A stretch of 35,972 nucleotides of DNA from a virus (taxonomy: Duplodnaviria; Caudoviricetes): positions 1-35,972 of the IMG/VR virus record IMGVR_UViG_3300012953_006567; one strand, written 5' to 3'. The notes below the pieces were generated by a model. It searched no databases. It saw only the letters and a program-made list of their open reading frames with translations, and was not told where the DNA came from. This document shows, piece by piece, positions 9,387 through 18,340 of the stretch. Numbering within the stretch: the first letter of the stretch is position 1; each line of letters opens with the position of its first letter. The translations under genes were made by a program, and so were the position numbers.

Positions 9387-9844
9387 TACTTTAACTTCTC
9401 ATCATTTACGATTCCCATGGCCCTACATGCATGTAGAAATTCATACTGACCAAACTCTGCTGCACTTTCAACATCTAATCTTTCAGTATAATACTCTCCA
9501 TCTTTACCAGGTACAGGATACTTTTCCTTATCTTCTTCATCAACTTTTACAACCGATGCAAACTTCCACATCCAATCTTCGGTACTACCTTCAGGAAAAA
9601 TTATACCCAACTTACCCATATTTACAACACTTGGATACCACCATATGTTTCTATCTCTATCCTTTACAGATAAATCCTTTACCAATTGTGATGTCTGTTG
9701 TATTTTATCTATGTTTTCATCAGTATAATTAGAATTACTCATAAAACCACAATTGAAACACATATAAGAACTGAATGTTTCTTGTACATCTTCAAAACAT
9801 CTATCTTGGTCGTAACATAAAGGACAATTAATTACTCTTTCCAT
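9386..9844 (-). CDS. Hypothetical protein with N-terminal Zn-ribbon
   Basis: CPLC...CFNCG; TAATG coupling on both sides. Confidence 0.7.
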   Translation of the reverse strand: MERVINCPLCYDQDRCFEDVQETFSSYMCFNCGFMSNSNYTDENIDKIQQTSQLVKDLSVKDRDRNIWWYPSVVNMGKLGIIFPEGSTEDWMWKFASVVKVDEEDKEKYPVPGKDGEYYTERLDVESAAEFGQYEFLHACRAMGIVNDEKLK

Positions 9845-11187
9845 TATACGCTCACTTTCTTCAATTTAGGTAATTTAAGTTTAGGTGGTTCTTTTGTTTC
9901 ACCTACCTTCTTTAACTTAGGAAGTTTCAGATTTACTTGCTGTGGTTGTTCTTCAAACTTAGGTAAATGTTTATCCAATATCTCTTCGAATTTTACGGTC
10001 ATGGCATCAAGTGAAAATTTAGTTCTATTTACAATTGCCTGTTTCTTACCTTTCAAGGTATACTTGGAATAATTCTTATATACTTCTTTCAAAACATTTG
10101 ATGCATATTGGTAATTTACCTGTGACCATTGTGCTCCTTGAACCAACATACCTTTAGGTACACTACCACCAGGAACTTCTACTAATGAAGTAGGTAGTGT
10201 TATTGAATTTTCTGCTGATAGAAAATCAATCTGTCCACCCCAATTTGGTGCTATAACAGGTTTTTCACTCAAACTTGCTTCGAGTAATGGTCTACCAAAT
10301 CCTTCTCCGTGTGTGAAAGATAAATGTGCCTTTATCTTTGGGTGATTGTACAAACCATTTATTTCATCATCCCTAAAATCACCATGTAGTAAGTATACAT
10401 TAGGTAAATCACCTTTAATACTACCTTTGATATCACGGATCTGTTTTAACATATCTTCCCTATCTATAACACAAGGTGTAGCACCACTTGTTTTCATCAC
10501 AAGAGCTGGTTTGTCTTTTGTGTCTCTAAATGATTCAAGAAATGTTTTTACCATATGACCAACATCCTTTCTATCATTTCCCATTCCACCTTGTAACCAA
10601 TGTCCTACGAAAAGAAAACAGAAATCTTCCTCAATACCTTCCATTTGAGTAACAAGGTCTTTTGAAAACTCATTTGTCTTTTTGTATACATTTAAGTCTG
10701 CACCTTCGAATAATACTTCCAAAGGTTTAGTTATCTGAACTTTTTCTATCAGTTTATTTGTTTTCTCGTCCTTCTTATCAAACACACTTCGTTCAATCGT
10801 TTCCTTTACAAAATTTGCAGGAACGATATTCATATTCATTCTATTCAACCCTTCTATCCACTCAGGAGGACACAAGGTAGTTTCAATACCGGCTGTTATA
10901 CCAATATTAAACTTACCTATTGGTGAAAACTCATTTGGTACTACAATATGGATATGAATATCAGGTTGCCTTTCCATATTCGGTTGATTAAGTAATCTCT
11001 GAATGATAGGGATATCTTCAGGATTTTGCTCACTTAATGCATTTTGTGGTGTTGAACCCCAACGAACAGGAAAGATTTTAATATCAAACCTATCCATATT
11101 GATTAATGACCTACAAATATCTCTACTATGTGCACCATATCCACTTCTTGTACCAACAGGTGCAGTAACTAAAACCAATGGTTTCAT
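9844..11187 (-). CDS. GT-B (GT4-like) glycosyltransferase
   Basis: SGYG near the N-terminus, FLFVGHW, RKD, HGEGFGRPLLEA (ExF..E motif); AGGAG SD upstream. Confidence 0.85.
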   Translation of the reverse strand: MKPLVLVTAPVGTRSGYGAHSRDICRSLINMDRFDIKIFPVRWGSTPQNALSEQNPEDIPIIQRLLNQPNMERQPDIHIHIVVPNEFSPIGKFNIGITAGIETTLCPPEWIEGLNRMNMNIVPANFVKETIERSVFDKKDEKTNKLIEKVQITKPLEVLFEGADLNVYKKTNEFSKDLVTQMEGIEEDFCFLFVGHWLQGGMGNDRKDVGHMVKTFLESFRDTKDKPALVMKTSGATPCVIDREDMLKQIRDIKGSIKGDLPNVYLLHGDFRDDEINGLYNHPKIKAHLSFTHGEGFGRPLLEASLSEKPVIAPNWGGQIDFLSAENSITLPTSLVEVPGGSVPKGMLVQGAQWSQVNYQYASNVLKEVYKNYSKYTLKGKKQAIVNRTKFSLDAMTVKFEEILDKHLPKFEEQPQQVNLKLPKLKKVGETKEPPKLKLPKLKKVSV

Positions 11188-11196
11188 AAATTCTCC

Positions 11197-12627
11197 TTAT
11201 GCTTTATGTAAAGTGAATCGTTCTCTTGGAGTCCACTTTTCGAATGCCATTTCCATATGGTCTACAAACCTATTACTCATAAGTTTTGCAGACATACCAA
11301 CTTCTTCTTTCAATAAATATTCCCTACCTTTCAACCCAGCAGATATTCTTTCTTCCTTCGGTGTATCATACCACTCACGAATCTTTACTGCTGCATCTTC
11401 CCATCTTGGTCTATCATCCATAATGTATGGTGTTGGAATAGAACCTTGAATGGAACGACACGCTGGCCAAACTGGTTTCATCCATTCACCCCAAGTCAAA
11501 TCAGGATTATCCATCCATTTGTCTCTATCGTGTAAAGAATGAACCCAACCATAATCCTCAACGGTTAATAACTTACCTTTGTACTTGAACCCACATTGGT
11601 CTTGTAATCCACCGGTAACATTAACTATCGCAGGAGTTCCTGCCATTATTGACTCACAAGTACCTAAACCAAATCCCTCATTACTTGCTAAATTGATAGT
11701 CATATCTGCTATGTTGTAATGGTAATTCATTTGAAACCCATCGAGTCGTTGATGTGAAAAGATTACATCATAATCAGGACAGATATTTCTAACCACTTCG
11801 GGTAAATCCGTTCCATTATCATCTATTGGTTGTGTGTGCATAACTAATGCACATTTTTTGGCTTGTTCTTCTGATAACCCATCACAGAATGTTTTGAATG
11901 CCATTATAACATCGGCCGGTAGTTTTCTTCTGATGTTTCTATTGTTCCAAAAAACTATAAAATCCTTTTCACTACCCAATAGTACATCCTTTCTCCATTT
12001 CAACAACTCTTTATTATCCCTACTCAAAGGAAAGAATTCTTTATCGGGTATACCGTGTGGTATATAAGTACAATCCCACTCGGTTCTTGGTTTTCTCTCA
12101 CATACATTATTAACAATATTATGCGTCTGTTTAGAGATATTCATAATCAAATCACAAGACTCATAAAAATTCTCATTCCATCTTGGGTATGGTAAATCAT
12201 CCCAAATGTTGTAATAGAATATAGGAATATTTTGTCTAATTTCATGTTCCATTTGATATAACCAAATCCAAAATCTTGGATCTGTATAGTGAATTATAGC
12301 ATCAGGTTTTTCAACATTAATTAAATTTCTCAATAATTCTTGGTTACCATATCCACTAATTGGATAAATTTTTAACCATGCATCCTCTACACCAGTTTCC
12401 TTACGAATTGAGTCATTCATATCAACAATCTTACCCTCTTCAGGATGTTTGATAGCACCACCTAATTGAACCCAATCATATTTATCTATTGTTCCCAATA
12501 CAAAATTTTTGGACACGGTACCAACTCCACTTGTCATCCGTAAATCATCGGATAACAACATTATTTTTTTCTTTTTTGGTTTGTTGGGATTGACTTTTTG
12601 TAACTTTGGTAATTTAATTTTCGACAT
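11197..12627 (-). CDS. GT-B (GT4-like) glycosyltransferase
   Basis: LLSDD...SGVG, YIPHG, NNRNIRRK, SNEGFGLGTCES, VTGGLQDQ. ORF track extends to 12645. Confidence 0.85.
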   Translation of the reverse strand: MSKIKLPKLQKVNPNKPKKKKIMLLSDDLRMTSGVGTVSKNFVLGTIDKYDWVQLGGAIKHPEEGKIVDMNDSIRKETGVEDAWLKIYPISGYGNQELLRNLINVEKPDAIIHYTDPRFWIWLYQMEHEIRQNIPIFYYNIWDDLPYPRWNENFYESCDLIMNISKQTHNIVNNVCERKPRTEWDCTYIPHGIPDKEFFPLSRDNKELLKWRKDVLLGSEKDFIVFWNNRNIRRKLPADVIMAFKTFCDGLSEEQAKKCALVMHTQPIDDNGTDLPEVVRNICPDYDVIFSHQRLDGFQMNYHYNIADMTINLASNEGFGLGTCESIMAGTPAIVNVTGGLQDQCGFKYKGKLLTVEDYGWVHSLHDRDKWMDNPDLTWGEWMKPVWPACRSIQGSIPTPYIMDDRPRWEDAAVKIREWYDTPKEERISAGLKGREYLLKEEVGMSAKLMSNRFVDHMEMAFEKWTPRERFTLHKA

Positions 12628-12628
12628 A

Positions 12629-12826
12629 TTAAAACCTACTTCCACTTATTTGTAATTCATCATATTCTAATATAGACTTATGATACTCTACATCAGTTAA
12701 ATATTTATGTAATGACCTATTGACTATTTTCTGTAAAGTAAAATCGTCCCTAAGTGCACTACCCTTAAAATTTTTATACAAGCTTTCTAACACCTTTACT
12801 GATGTTAATTTTGTTTTAGCTTTCAT
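12629..12826 (-). CDS. Small protein, possible ribbon-helix-helix DNA-binding protein
   Basis: 65 aa, LTSVKV strand followed by two predicted helices; GGAG SD. The ORF is credible, the fold is inferred. Confidence 0.5.
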   Translation of the reverse strand: MKAKTKLTSVKVLESLYKNFKGSALRDDFTLQKIVNRSLHKYLTDVEYHKSILEYDELQISGSRF

Positions 12827-12838
12827 TTACATACTCCA

Positions 12839-12864
12839 TATATACATATATAAGTATATACTTA
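12839..12864 (-). promoter_or_regulatory. Putative phage promoter motif TATATATGTATATA plus overlapping 14-bp palindrome TAAGTATATACTTA
   Basis: The 14-mer at 12839-12852 is identical to 35127-35140; perfect palindrome at 12851-12864; intergenic. Confidence 0.55.
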
Positions 12865-13266
12865 ACTTAAAATAGTTACTTTTTTATTTAATTTTTGTGC
12901 TTCTTTTATAGTATCCATCGTACCCTTTGTATATCTATCCTTTGGCATAAAAGCTATAATAACATCACTATACTCCGCTATCTGTTTATTCCTATCATTA
13001 AAATTACCTGGATAGTATTTCTTACCATAATGATCTCTTTCTAATATACAATGTTGATTGTAAGCATAATGTCTCGGTGGAAACTCCACATACTTCATAT
13101 CAAACTCTAATGCGTATTTTTTAGCATAACCATCGGCACCCTTTGGTTGTCCACCACTTACAATCTCAACTTTTTCTTCAAATTGTTCTTTTAATTTATA
13201 TACAAACTCTTTTACTTTCCTTTTGTTTGTATATGTACGAGAACCTATTATACCAACTCGTTTCAT
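12862..13266 (-). CDS. SLOG-family (DUF2493/YspA-like) protein
   Basis: VGIIGSR, IVSGG-x-PKGAD, RNKQIAEYSD, KGT motifs. Confidence 0.8.
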   Translation of the reverse strand: MKRVGIIGSRTYTNKRKVKEFVYKLKEQFEEKVEIVSGGQPKGADGYAKKYALEFDMKYVEFPPRHYAYNQHCILERDHYGKKYYPGNFNDRNKQIAEYSDVIIAFMPKDRYTKGTMDTIKEAQKLNKKVTILS

Positions 13267-14081
13267 TATACAACTGCCCTACCTTTCATTCTTTCCCAAT
13301 CTCTATTCTTTCTTACTTTATCATTTACACTAAGAACCGATTTTAATAACTCTGAATCAAACTCACTAACTATAGCTGAAACATCTTTAGGTAAACAATG
13401 TCCACCAAATCCACAATCACCATCGGGACCTGGAACTGCCCAATGTGATTTACCAAGTCTTTCATCATATGCTGAATACTCTACTACTTTATCATAATCA
13501 ATTCCTATCTTATCACATACTATTTTCATTTCATTTGCAAATGATACTTTGGTTGCAAGAAATGAATTAATAAAATATTTTACCATTTCAGCAGTTTTAC
13601 TTCCTGTCTTAACAATAGTTGCACTTGGAAATACCTTACTATAAACTTGTCTTAATTTATTAGTTCCTTTTCTTGTACCACCCAATATGATACGAGTCTG
13701 ATTTTTAAAATCTTCAAGAAAATTCATCTCGGTAAGAAACTCCGGATTGAATATAACATTTACATTTTTGTATTTTTTATGTAGTCTTTCAGTTGTACCG
13801 GGTGGTACCGTAGATTTAATTACCACGATTATCTTTCTATTACTTAACTCATCTATTTCTTTTACAACACTTTCTACCACCCCGGTATTGCAACTTCCGT
13901 TTCTATTCATTGGTGTTGGAACACATACAAATATGATATTACACCTCTCGACCATCTTACTTAGATCAGAGGTACTTTTATTTTTATCATACTTGTCATA
14001 AGTTTCTACATCATAATAAGATTCAAATCCCACCTTAATAGCAGTTCCTACATAACCCTGTCCTACTATTCCTATTTTCAT
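13266..14081 (-). CDS. UDP-glucose/GDP-mannose dehydrogenase family (short form)
   Basis: GIVGQGYVG, FVCVPTP, IKSTVPPGTT, NPEFL, AEMVKY, GFGGHCLPKD (catalytic Cys). Confidence 0.9.
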   Translation of the reverse strand: MKIGIVGQGYVGTAIKVGFESYYDVETYDKYDKNKSTSDLSKMVERCNIIFVCVPTPMNRNGSCNTGVVESVVKEIDELSNRKIIVVIKSTVPPGTTERLHKKYKNVNVIFNPEFLTEMNFLEDFKNQTRIILGGTRKGTNKLRQVYSKVFPSATIVKTGSKTAEMVKYFINSFLATKVSFANEMKIVCDKIGIDYDKVVEYSAYDERLGKSHWAVPGPDGDCGFGGHCLPKDVSAIVSEFDSELLKSVLSVNDKVRKNRDWERMKGRAVV

Positions 14082-14485
14082 TAATCATTCCTCTTCTGTT
14101 TTCTAATAGGCTTATCATTATTTTTTGGTTTCTTACAAAATTCGTGAGTTTTACCGAATTGATTTAATCCTGCCAATACATTACCTTCGTATGTATATCT
14201 TGCTCTATTACATTCATATTTCCTATCGGGAATAATATCAAACCATACAAATATATCAGTACCAACCTCTTGTGTAGGTGTGATTGTGGTTTTATAGTGG
14301 AGTAATTTTTCGTATTTTTCAAGAAAAGTTTTTATCTGTGATGATTTTACCTCATCCTTATTATACCATAGGTGTAACTTAAACTGACCTATTTTATATA
14401 TTTGGTTGATTTTATCTATAACATATTCTTCTATCTCTGTATCAATAAATTCTGTCAATTTCAATCTCAATGTTATACTATGCAT
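14081..14485 (-). CDS. Hypothetical protein
   Basis: ORF in the operon; start set at the ATG just after the upstream stop (ORF track 14551). Confidence 0.6.
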   Translation of the reverse strand: MHSITLRLKLTEFIDTEIEEYVIDKINQIYKIGQFKLHLWYNKDEVKSSQIKTFLEKYEKLLHYKTTITPTQEVGTDIFVWFDIIPDRKYECNRARYTYEGNVLAGLNQFGKTHEFCKKPKNNDKPIRKQKRND

Positions 14486-14486
14486 T

Positions 14487-15335
14487 TTATAAGTCCTTAC
14501 ATTTAGTAAATGCTTTGCACTTACTTTTTGGGTGACACTTCTCGTAGTCATTATGTTTTATGTTACCATCTTCATCATAACACTCTTTCATAAATGCTTC
14601 AAGCCTACGAAGTACTTTATTGATAGATGGTTTACCATTTGCTGGTATGAACTTTTGTATCCTTTTCTGTGGAAAATCTGTATTCTCGTATAGTTTTCTT
14701 TTGACGATAAAATACTCAACATCAATCCTATCTAATGGCATATCAAATTGCTTAGAATAGAAAGATTTGTATAATAATAATTGGTCGGTTTTATTCTTAT
14801 CAGCTTTTTGATATTTGTTCCAACCCCAAGTTGATGTTTTTATATCAATAATCTTGATACGATTTCTGATATTGTCTTTAATAATTAGGTCAATGAAGCC
14901 TTTAAATTTTAGATTATTTGGTAAATCAGAGTTTAGAGATGTCTCGATACCAACCAATTCATAACCTTTCTTACTGAAATAATCAGCCCTCTTCTTTCTA
15001 AAAAACTCTAATATCTTCAATCCATCTTCGTAAAACTCAACCATTTCATTTTGGGTACAGAACTCTTCACCACCATTTCTAACCATAATTTCCATAAAAT
15101 TCTTTTTCAATCTATCTTCGAGTTCTTCATTGAGGAGCATTTGATCTGCTTCCTTGATACTTTTACTATACATTACCTTCAAGTATTCCTGTAACACTTC
15201 ATGCATACTTGTACCAAATAGTGTATACATATTATCCGTAAAAGGTAATGCCTTATCTACATATTGTAATTTCCACGAGTATGGACATTGTGACCATAGT
15301 GAAAACTGACTATATGATATTGATTTTTTAGCCAT
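14487..15335 (-). CDS. PD-(D/E)XK nuclease, RecB/AddB/Cas4-like exonuclease
   Basis: ISYSQF..QCP, FGTSMHE, GFIDLII...IIDIKTS, QLLLY, C-terminal Cys cluster. Confidence 0.85.
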   Translation of the reverse strand: MAKKSISYSQFSLWSQCPYSWKLQYVDKALPFTDNMYTLFGTSMHEVLQEYLKVMYSKSIKEADQMLLNEELEDRLKKNFMEIMVRNGGEEFCTQNEMVEFYEDGLKILEFFRKKRADYFSKKGYELVGIETSLNSDLPNNLKFKGFIDLIIKDNIRNRIKIIDIKTSTWGWNKYQKADKNKTDQLLLYKSFYSKQFDMPLDRIDVEYFIVKRKLYENTDFPQKRIQKFIPANGKPSINKVLRRLEAFMKECYDEDGNIKHNDYEKCHPKSKCKAFTKCKDL

Positions 15336-15576
15336 TTAATTTCTGAATAACAGATTGTTTAGGTAATCCACCTATAAATCTATCAACTTCAACTCCATTT
15401 TCTTCTATAACAGTTGTGGGTACTGACCTAACATTGTATTGTTGGGCAAGTGATTTATTCTCGTCCACATCGAGTATTTGTACTGAATGACCTTCGTTTA
15501 GTATTTCGGTCATCACAGGTTTGAATGCTTTACAAGGGCCACACCATGTAGCTGTAAAGTATTTAGCCGTTCTCAT
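15328..15576 (-). CDS. Thioredoxin
   Basis: FTATWCGPCK active site, VRSVPT cis-Pro motif; AGGAG SD. Confidence 0.92.
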   Translation of the reverse strand: MRTAKYFTATWCGPCKAFKPVMTEILNEGHSVQILDVDENKSLAQQYNVRSVPTTVIEENGVEVDRFIGGLPKQSVIQKLNG

Positions 15577-15697
15577 CTTTGTCTCCTTTTAATAGACTTC
15601 TTAACCATTTAACATAGGCCCTAATTCTTCGACCTAATTCTTCATCATTGGGATACTTATCAACCATTTCCTCAACGATTGTTAGAGGTGTTTTCAT
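15563..15697 (-). CDS. Small hypothetical protein (44 aa), not in ORF track
   Basis: MKTPLTIVEEMVDKYPNDEELGRRIRAYVKWLRSLLKGDKDENG; ATG overlaps the upstream TAA and the ORF fills the gap. Confidence 0.7.
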   Translation of the reverse strand: MKTPLTIVEEMVDKYPNDEELGRRIRAYVKWLRSLLKGDKDENG

Positions 15698-16137
15698 TAC
15701 TTACCCCATTTACCTCTTGCTACAATTGTTGCCATAATACCATAGTTACTCACATCTAAGTAAGCATCCTCTAATGGTTCATCCTTTACTGCTGACTTTC
15801 TACCAGTCATTAATAAGGTTTTAACCCTTTGTAACTTATCATTCATACGAAACCACAAACCTGTAAGTGAAAGATTTATCTCTTCCTTTGTTTTCAATTG
15901 TGTACCAACTGATATGTTGCCAGGACCGTAATCATGTTGTTTATGTAGAAACAATTCATATTGTTCCCTTTGTAGTTTTTTAAACTCCTTAGTCATTTCA
16001 GGCCATTCCTTTTCCATTAATGATATAACATCATCACTTCTAACCTGTTCTTCTACTCGTGGAGTATCTTTAATTACTTTTACTTTTTTTTCCATATTTA
16101 TTCCTCGTTTCAAATCTAAAAGACTCTCAGACGGCAT
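15697..16137 (-). CDS. DUF1599 / nucleotide-modification-associated domain 1 (Nmad1)-like protein
   Basis: KQHDYG, RMNDKLQR, EPLEDAYLDVSNYGIM. Two possible SD-preceded starts (16137, 16095). Confidence 0.75.
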   Translation of the reverse strand: MPSESLLDLKRGINMEKKVKVIKDTPRVEEQVRSDDVISLMEKEWPEMTKEFKKLQREQYELFLHKQHDYGPGNISVGTQLKTKEEINLSLTGLWFRMNDKLQRVKTLLMTGRKSAVKDEPLEDAYLDVSNYGIMATIVARGKWGK

Positions 16138-16161
16138 ATACTTCTCCTAATGTCTTATAAG

Positions 16162-16190
16162 AATTTACAAACAATTTTTAACAAAGTCAA
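16162..16190 (-). promoter_or_regulatory. Sigma70-like promoter
   Basis: TTGACT (16190-16185), 17 nt, TAAATT (16167-16162), followed by AGGAGA SD and ATG at 16137. Confidence 0.55.
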
Positions 16191-16783
16191 GTAATAATTT
16201 CATCAATAATACCATATTCTAAACATTCTTTTGCCGTCAAATATGTATCGTGTTGTGAAACCTTATCCCAAAACTCTTGGTCTTTATTTGTAACTTCTGC
16301 AAGTATTCTATTAATATTTTTTTGTAATTTTTTTAGATGGTCGGCTCCTTTTAGTACATCAGATGTTTTACCCGACTCAAATGCTGAACCCTCGTGAACC
16401 ATCACAGTGGAATTTGCGGTCATTGTTCTCTTACCAGTTCCACACGCAAGTATTACTGCTGCAGCTGACATTGCAGCCCCAAGACAATGTGTGTTGACCT
16501 TGATTGGTAGAGTTTTGAAATAATCAATTATTCCCAACATAGAATATACATCACCACCATATGATGCAATTACTAAATTTAATTCTTTAGCGTCATTGTA
16601 GTGTATCATACTATCAAATCTCGTCATTGTTGCATAAAGTGTGTCCTGTTCTATATCGTAAGTCAAATACATTGTATTTGTCTCTAAATCAATTCCCCAT
16701 TCCAATTGTTTAAATAGTTTTTGTGTGGTTGGGTGAACATTCGTCATACTGGCATAATTCACTTTTAATATTGGATCACTCAT
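16187..16783 (-). CDS. clpP: ClpP-like serine protease (paralog 2)
   Basis: IASYGGDV, GAAMSAA (Ser), VMVHE (His), DTYLTAKECLEYGIIDEI (Asp). Confidence 0.85.
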   Translation of the reverse strand: MSDPILKVNYASMTNVHPTTQKLFKQLEWGIDLETNTMYLTYDIEQDTLYATMTRFDSMIHYNDAKELNLVIASYGGDVYSMLGIIDYFKTLPIKVNTHCLGAAMSAAAVILACGTGKRTMTANSTVMVHEGSAFESGKTSDVLKGADHLKKLQKNINRILAEVTNKDQEFWDKVSQHDTYLTAKECLEYGIIDEIIT

Positions 16784-17874
16784 TTAATCTCCTTTTTAAA
16801 GACAAAAACTGGTTCATACTTATAACCTGCTCCCATCACGCTTGATAATGTTAATTGTAAGGAATCCTCTTGTATGAATCCTAATTCCTTAGAAATTTTT
16901 ACTGTTTCTTCTTCTATAAATTTATACTTTGGTGTGTTGGCAATGTTTATTAACATATAACCATTTTGTTTTAAACCAATGTAACAATTCTCTAATGTTT
17001 TTCGTAAAAAACCATTTACCCAACTATCTTCTGTTGAGTATTTTATATAACTTTGAGTTTCCTCATCTGAGTATTTCTCTGTATCGAAATAAGGTGGTGA
17101 GGTAAAACATAAATCGATTGATTCTTTTTTAGGAACGAAGTCCTCACTTCCTTGTTTATATATATCAACCTTTTTATTTATGTATGAGAAATCCTTGCAC
17201 ATTTTCATCAACCCATTGTAAGTTTGTGTGGATGGTTCAGTACCTATGTAGTGTTTGGTGTTTTTAGCGGATAAAAAACCTAACAATCGACCACCCCACC
17301 CACAACTCATATCTCGTATTACTCCATCACCACCATACTTTTCATATATAAGTTTGGCAGCAGTTGGTCTAAAATTACTCACGGATTGAGTACCACTGTA
17401 AATTTTTATTGATTGTCTTAGTCTATTTTCATGAAAAATATTTCTTTCCCCATTAGGATCCTCTCCCTTGTAGTGTTTCTGTTCCCACTTCCAACATTTT
17501 CTGATTGTTGATTTAAACATTTTATCATCATGAAATATATCCATTGGTGAGTTTTTAGCACTACCACATACCACTTCCCAAAAATGTGGAAAGTAAGTCC
17601 AACACAACCTCAAACCATGCATAGTTTGGATAATCTGATTATCCTTGAATATGGTATCCACATCAAACTTTCTCAGTTTCTTTAAATGGTCGTGTTTTTC
17701 TTCTTCACGAATTGTGTAATGAGGGAAACCATGCCTACGATAGTAATCAAATATGATTTCCACACCATACTCGATATCCACCACATCTATTGAATTAGTA
17801 ACCCTTTCAAACTCCAAGTCTTTCTCATCCACATCGATGAGTTTACCGAGAGTTTCGTAGTTTACTCTTGCCAT
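16780..17874 (-). CDS. Putative amino (N4C/N6A)-type DNA methyltransferase, paralog 3
   Basis: SNFRPTAAK, DMSCGWGGRLLG (motif I), FTSPPYF (motif IV), EKYS. Confidence 0.8.
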   Translation of the reverse strand: MARVNYETLGKLIDVDEKDLEFERVTNSIDVVDIEYGVEIIFDYYRRHGFPHYTIREEEKHDHLKKLRKFDVDTIFKDNQIIQTMHGLRLCWTYFPHFWEVVCGSAKNSPMDIFHDDKMFKSTIRKCWKWEQKHYKGEDPNGERNIFHENRLRQSIKIYSGTQSVSNFRPTAAKLIYEKYGGDGVIRDMSCGWGGRLLGFLSAKNTKHYIGTEPSTQTYNGLMKMCKDFSYINKKVDIYKQGSEDFVPKKESIDLCFTSPPYFDTEKYSDEETQSYIKYSTEDSWVNGFLRKTLENCYIGLKQNGYMLINIANTPKYKFIEEETVKISKELGFIQEDSLQLTLSSVMGAGYKYEPVFVFKKEIK

Positions 17875-18317
17875 TAGGGTAGATTTAGTTTCTTGATTTC
17901 CTTTGGTTCAGTTCCAAATTTTTGAAGTATAGACTTTAACTCAGCCTTACCTTGTTCGGAACTATAATAGATTTCTAAGTACTCGTTGGCCTCTTTTACA
18001 CTAACCTCGTGATACTTTGTAATAATTTCAACAACCCAAGTTGGATGTTTCATAACCTTTTTTCCTTTGGTATACCTCAACCATTCCTTTTTCTTAGGAA
18101 GAACATTGGTGTATAGCTTGTATAATTCTTTTGGTTTCAGATTGTATCTCTGAAACTCATTTACGATTTCCACATACTCCATCTTCATAGATAAGAATCT
18201 ATGTATCATATAGTTAGACCAAGTTTTTCTATCGGCATCATTAATATCATCCCAATAGTTTTTGGTTTGTTTTTGTGTGATATGTGTTATGTGATCAAAT
18301 AGTGATTTTGTTTTCAT
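17874..18317 (-). CDS. Clamp loader small subunit (T4 gp62-like)
   Basis: LFDHI, YMIHRFLSM, VNEFQ, LPKKK-x-W-x-RY-x-K, Y-x-VS-x-KEA-x-EYL match the gp62 pattern. Confidence 0.75.
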   Translation of the reverse strand: MKTKSLFDHITHITQKQTKNYWDDINDADRKTWSNYMIHRFLSMKMEYVEIVNEFQRYNLKPKELYKLYTNVLPKKKEWLRYTKGKKVMKHPTWVVEIITKYHEVSVKEANEYLEIYYSSEQGKAELKSILQKFGTEPKEIKKLNLP

Positions 18318-18340
18318 AGTAATAATTAGTTGTTAAAATT

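Noticed and set aside
1-14081. Bacterial O-antigen or capsule locus, implying a cellular contig
   Set aside because: It is contiguous and co-oriented with T4-like polymerase, clamp and loader genes, and no wzx, wzy or ABC export genes are visible.
14487-15335. Cas4 / CRISPR-Cas system or restriction partner of the methyltransferases
   Set aside because: No repeat-spacer array or other cas genes were seen; stand-alone nucleases of this type are common in phage replication regions.
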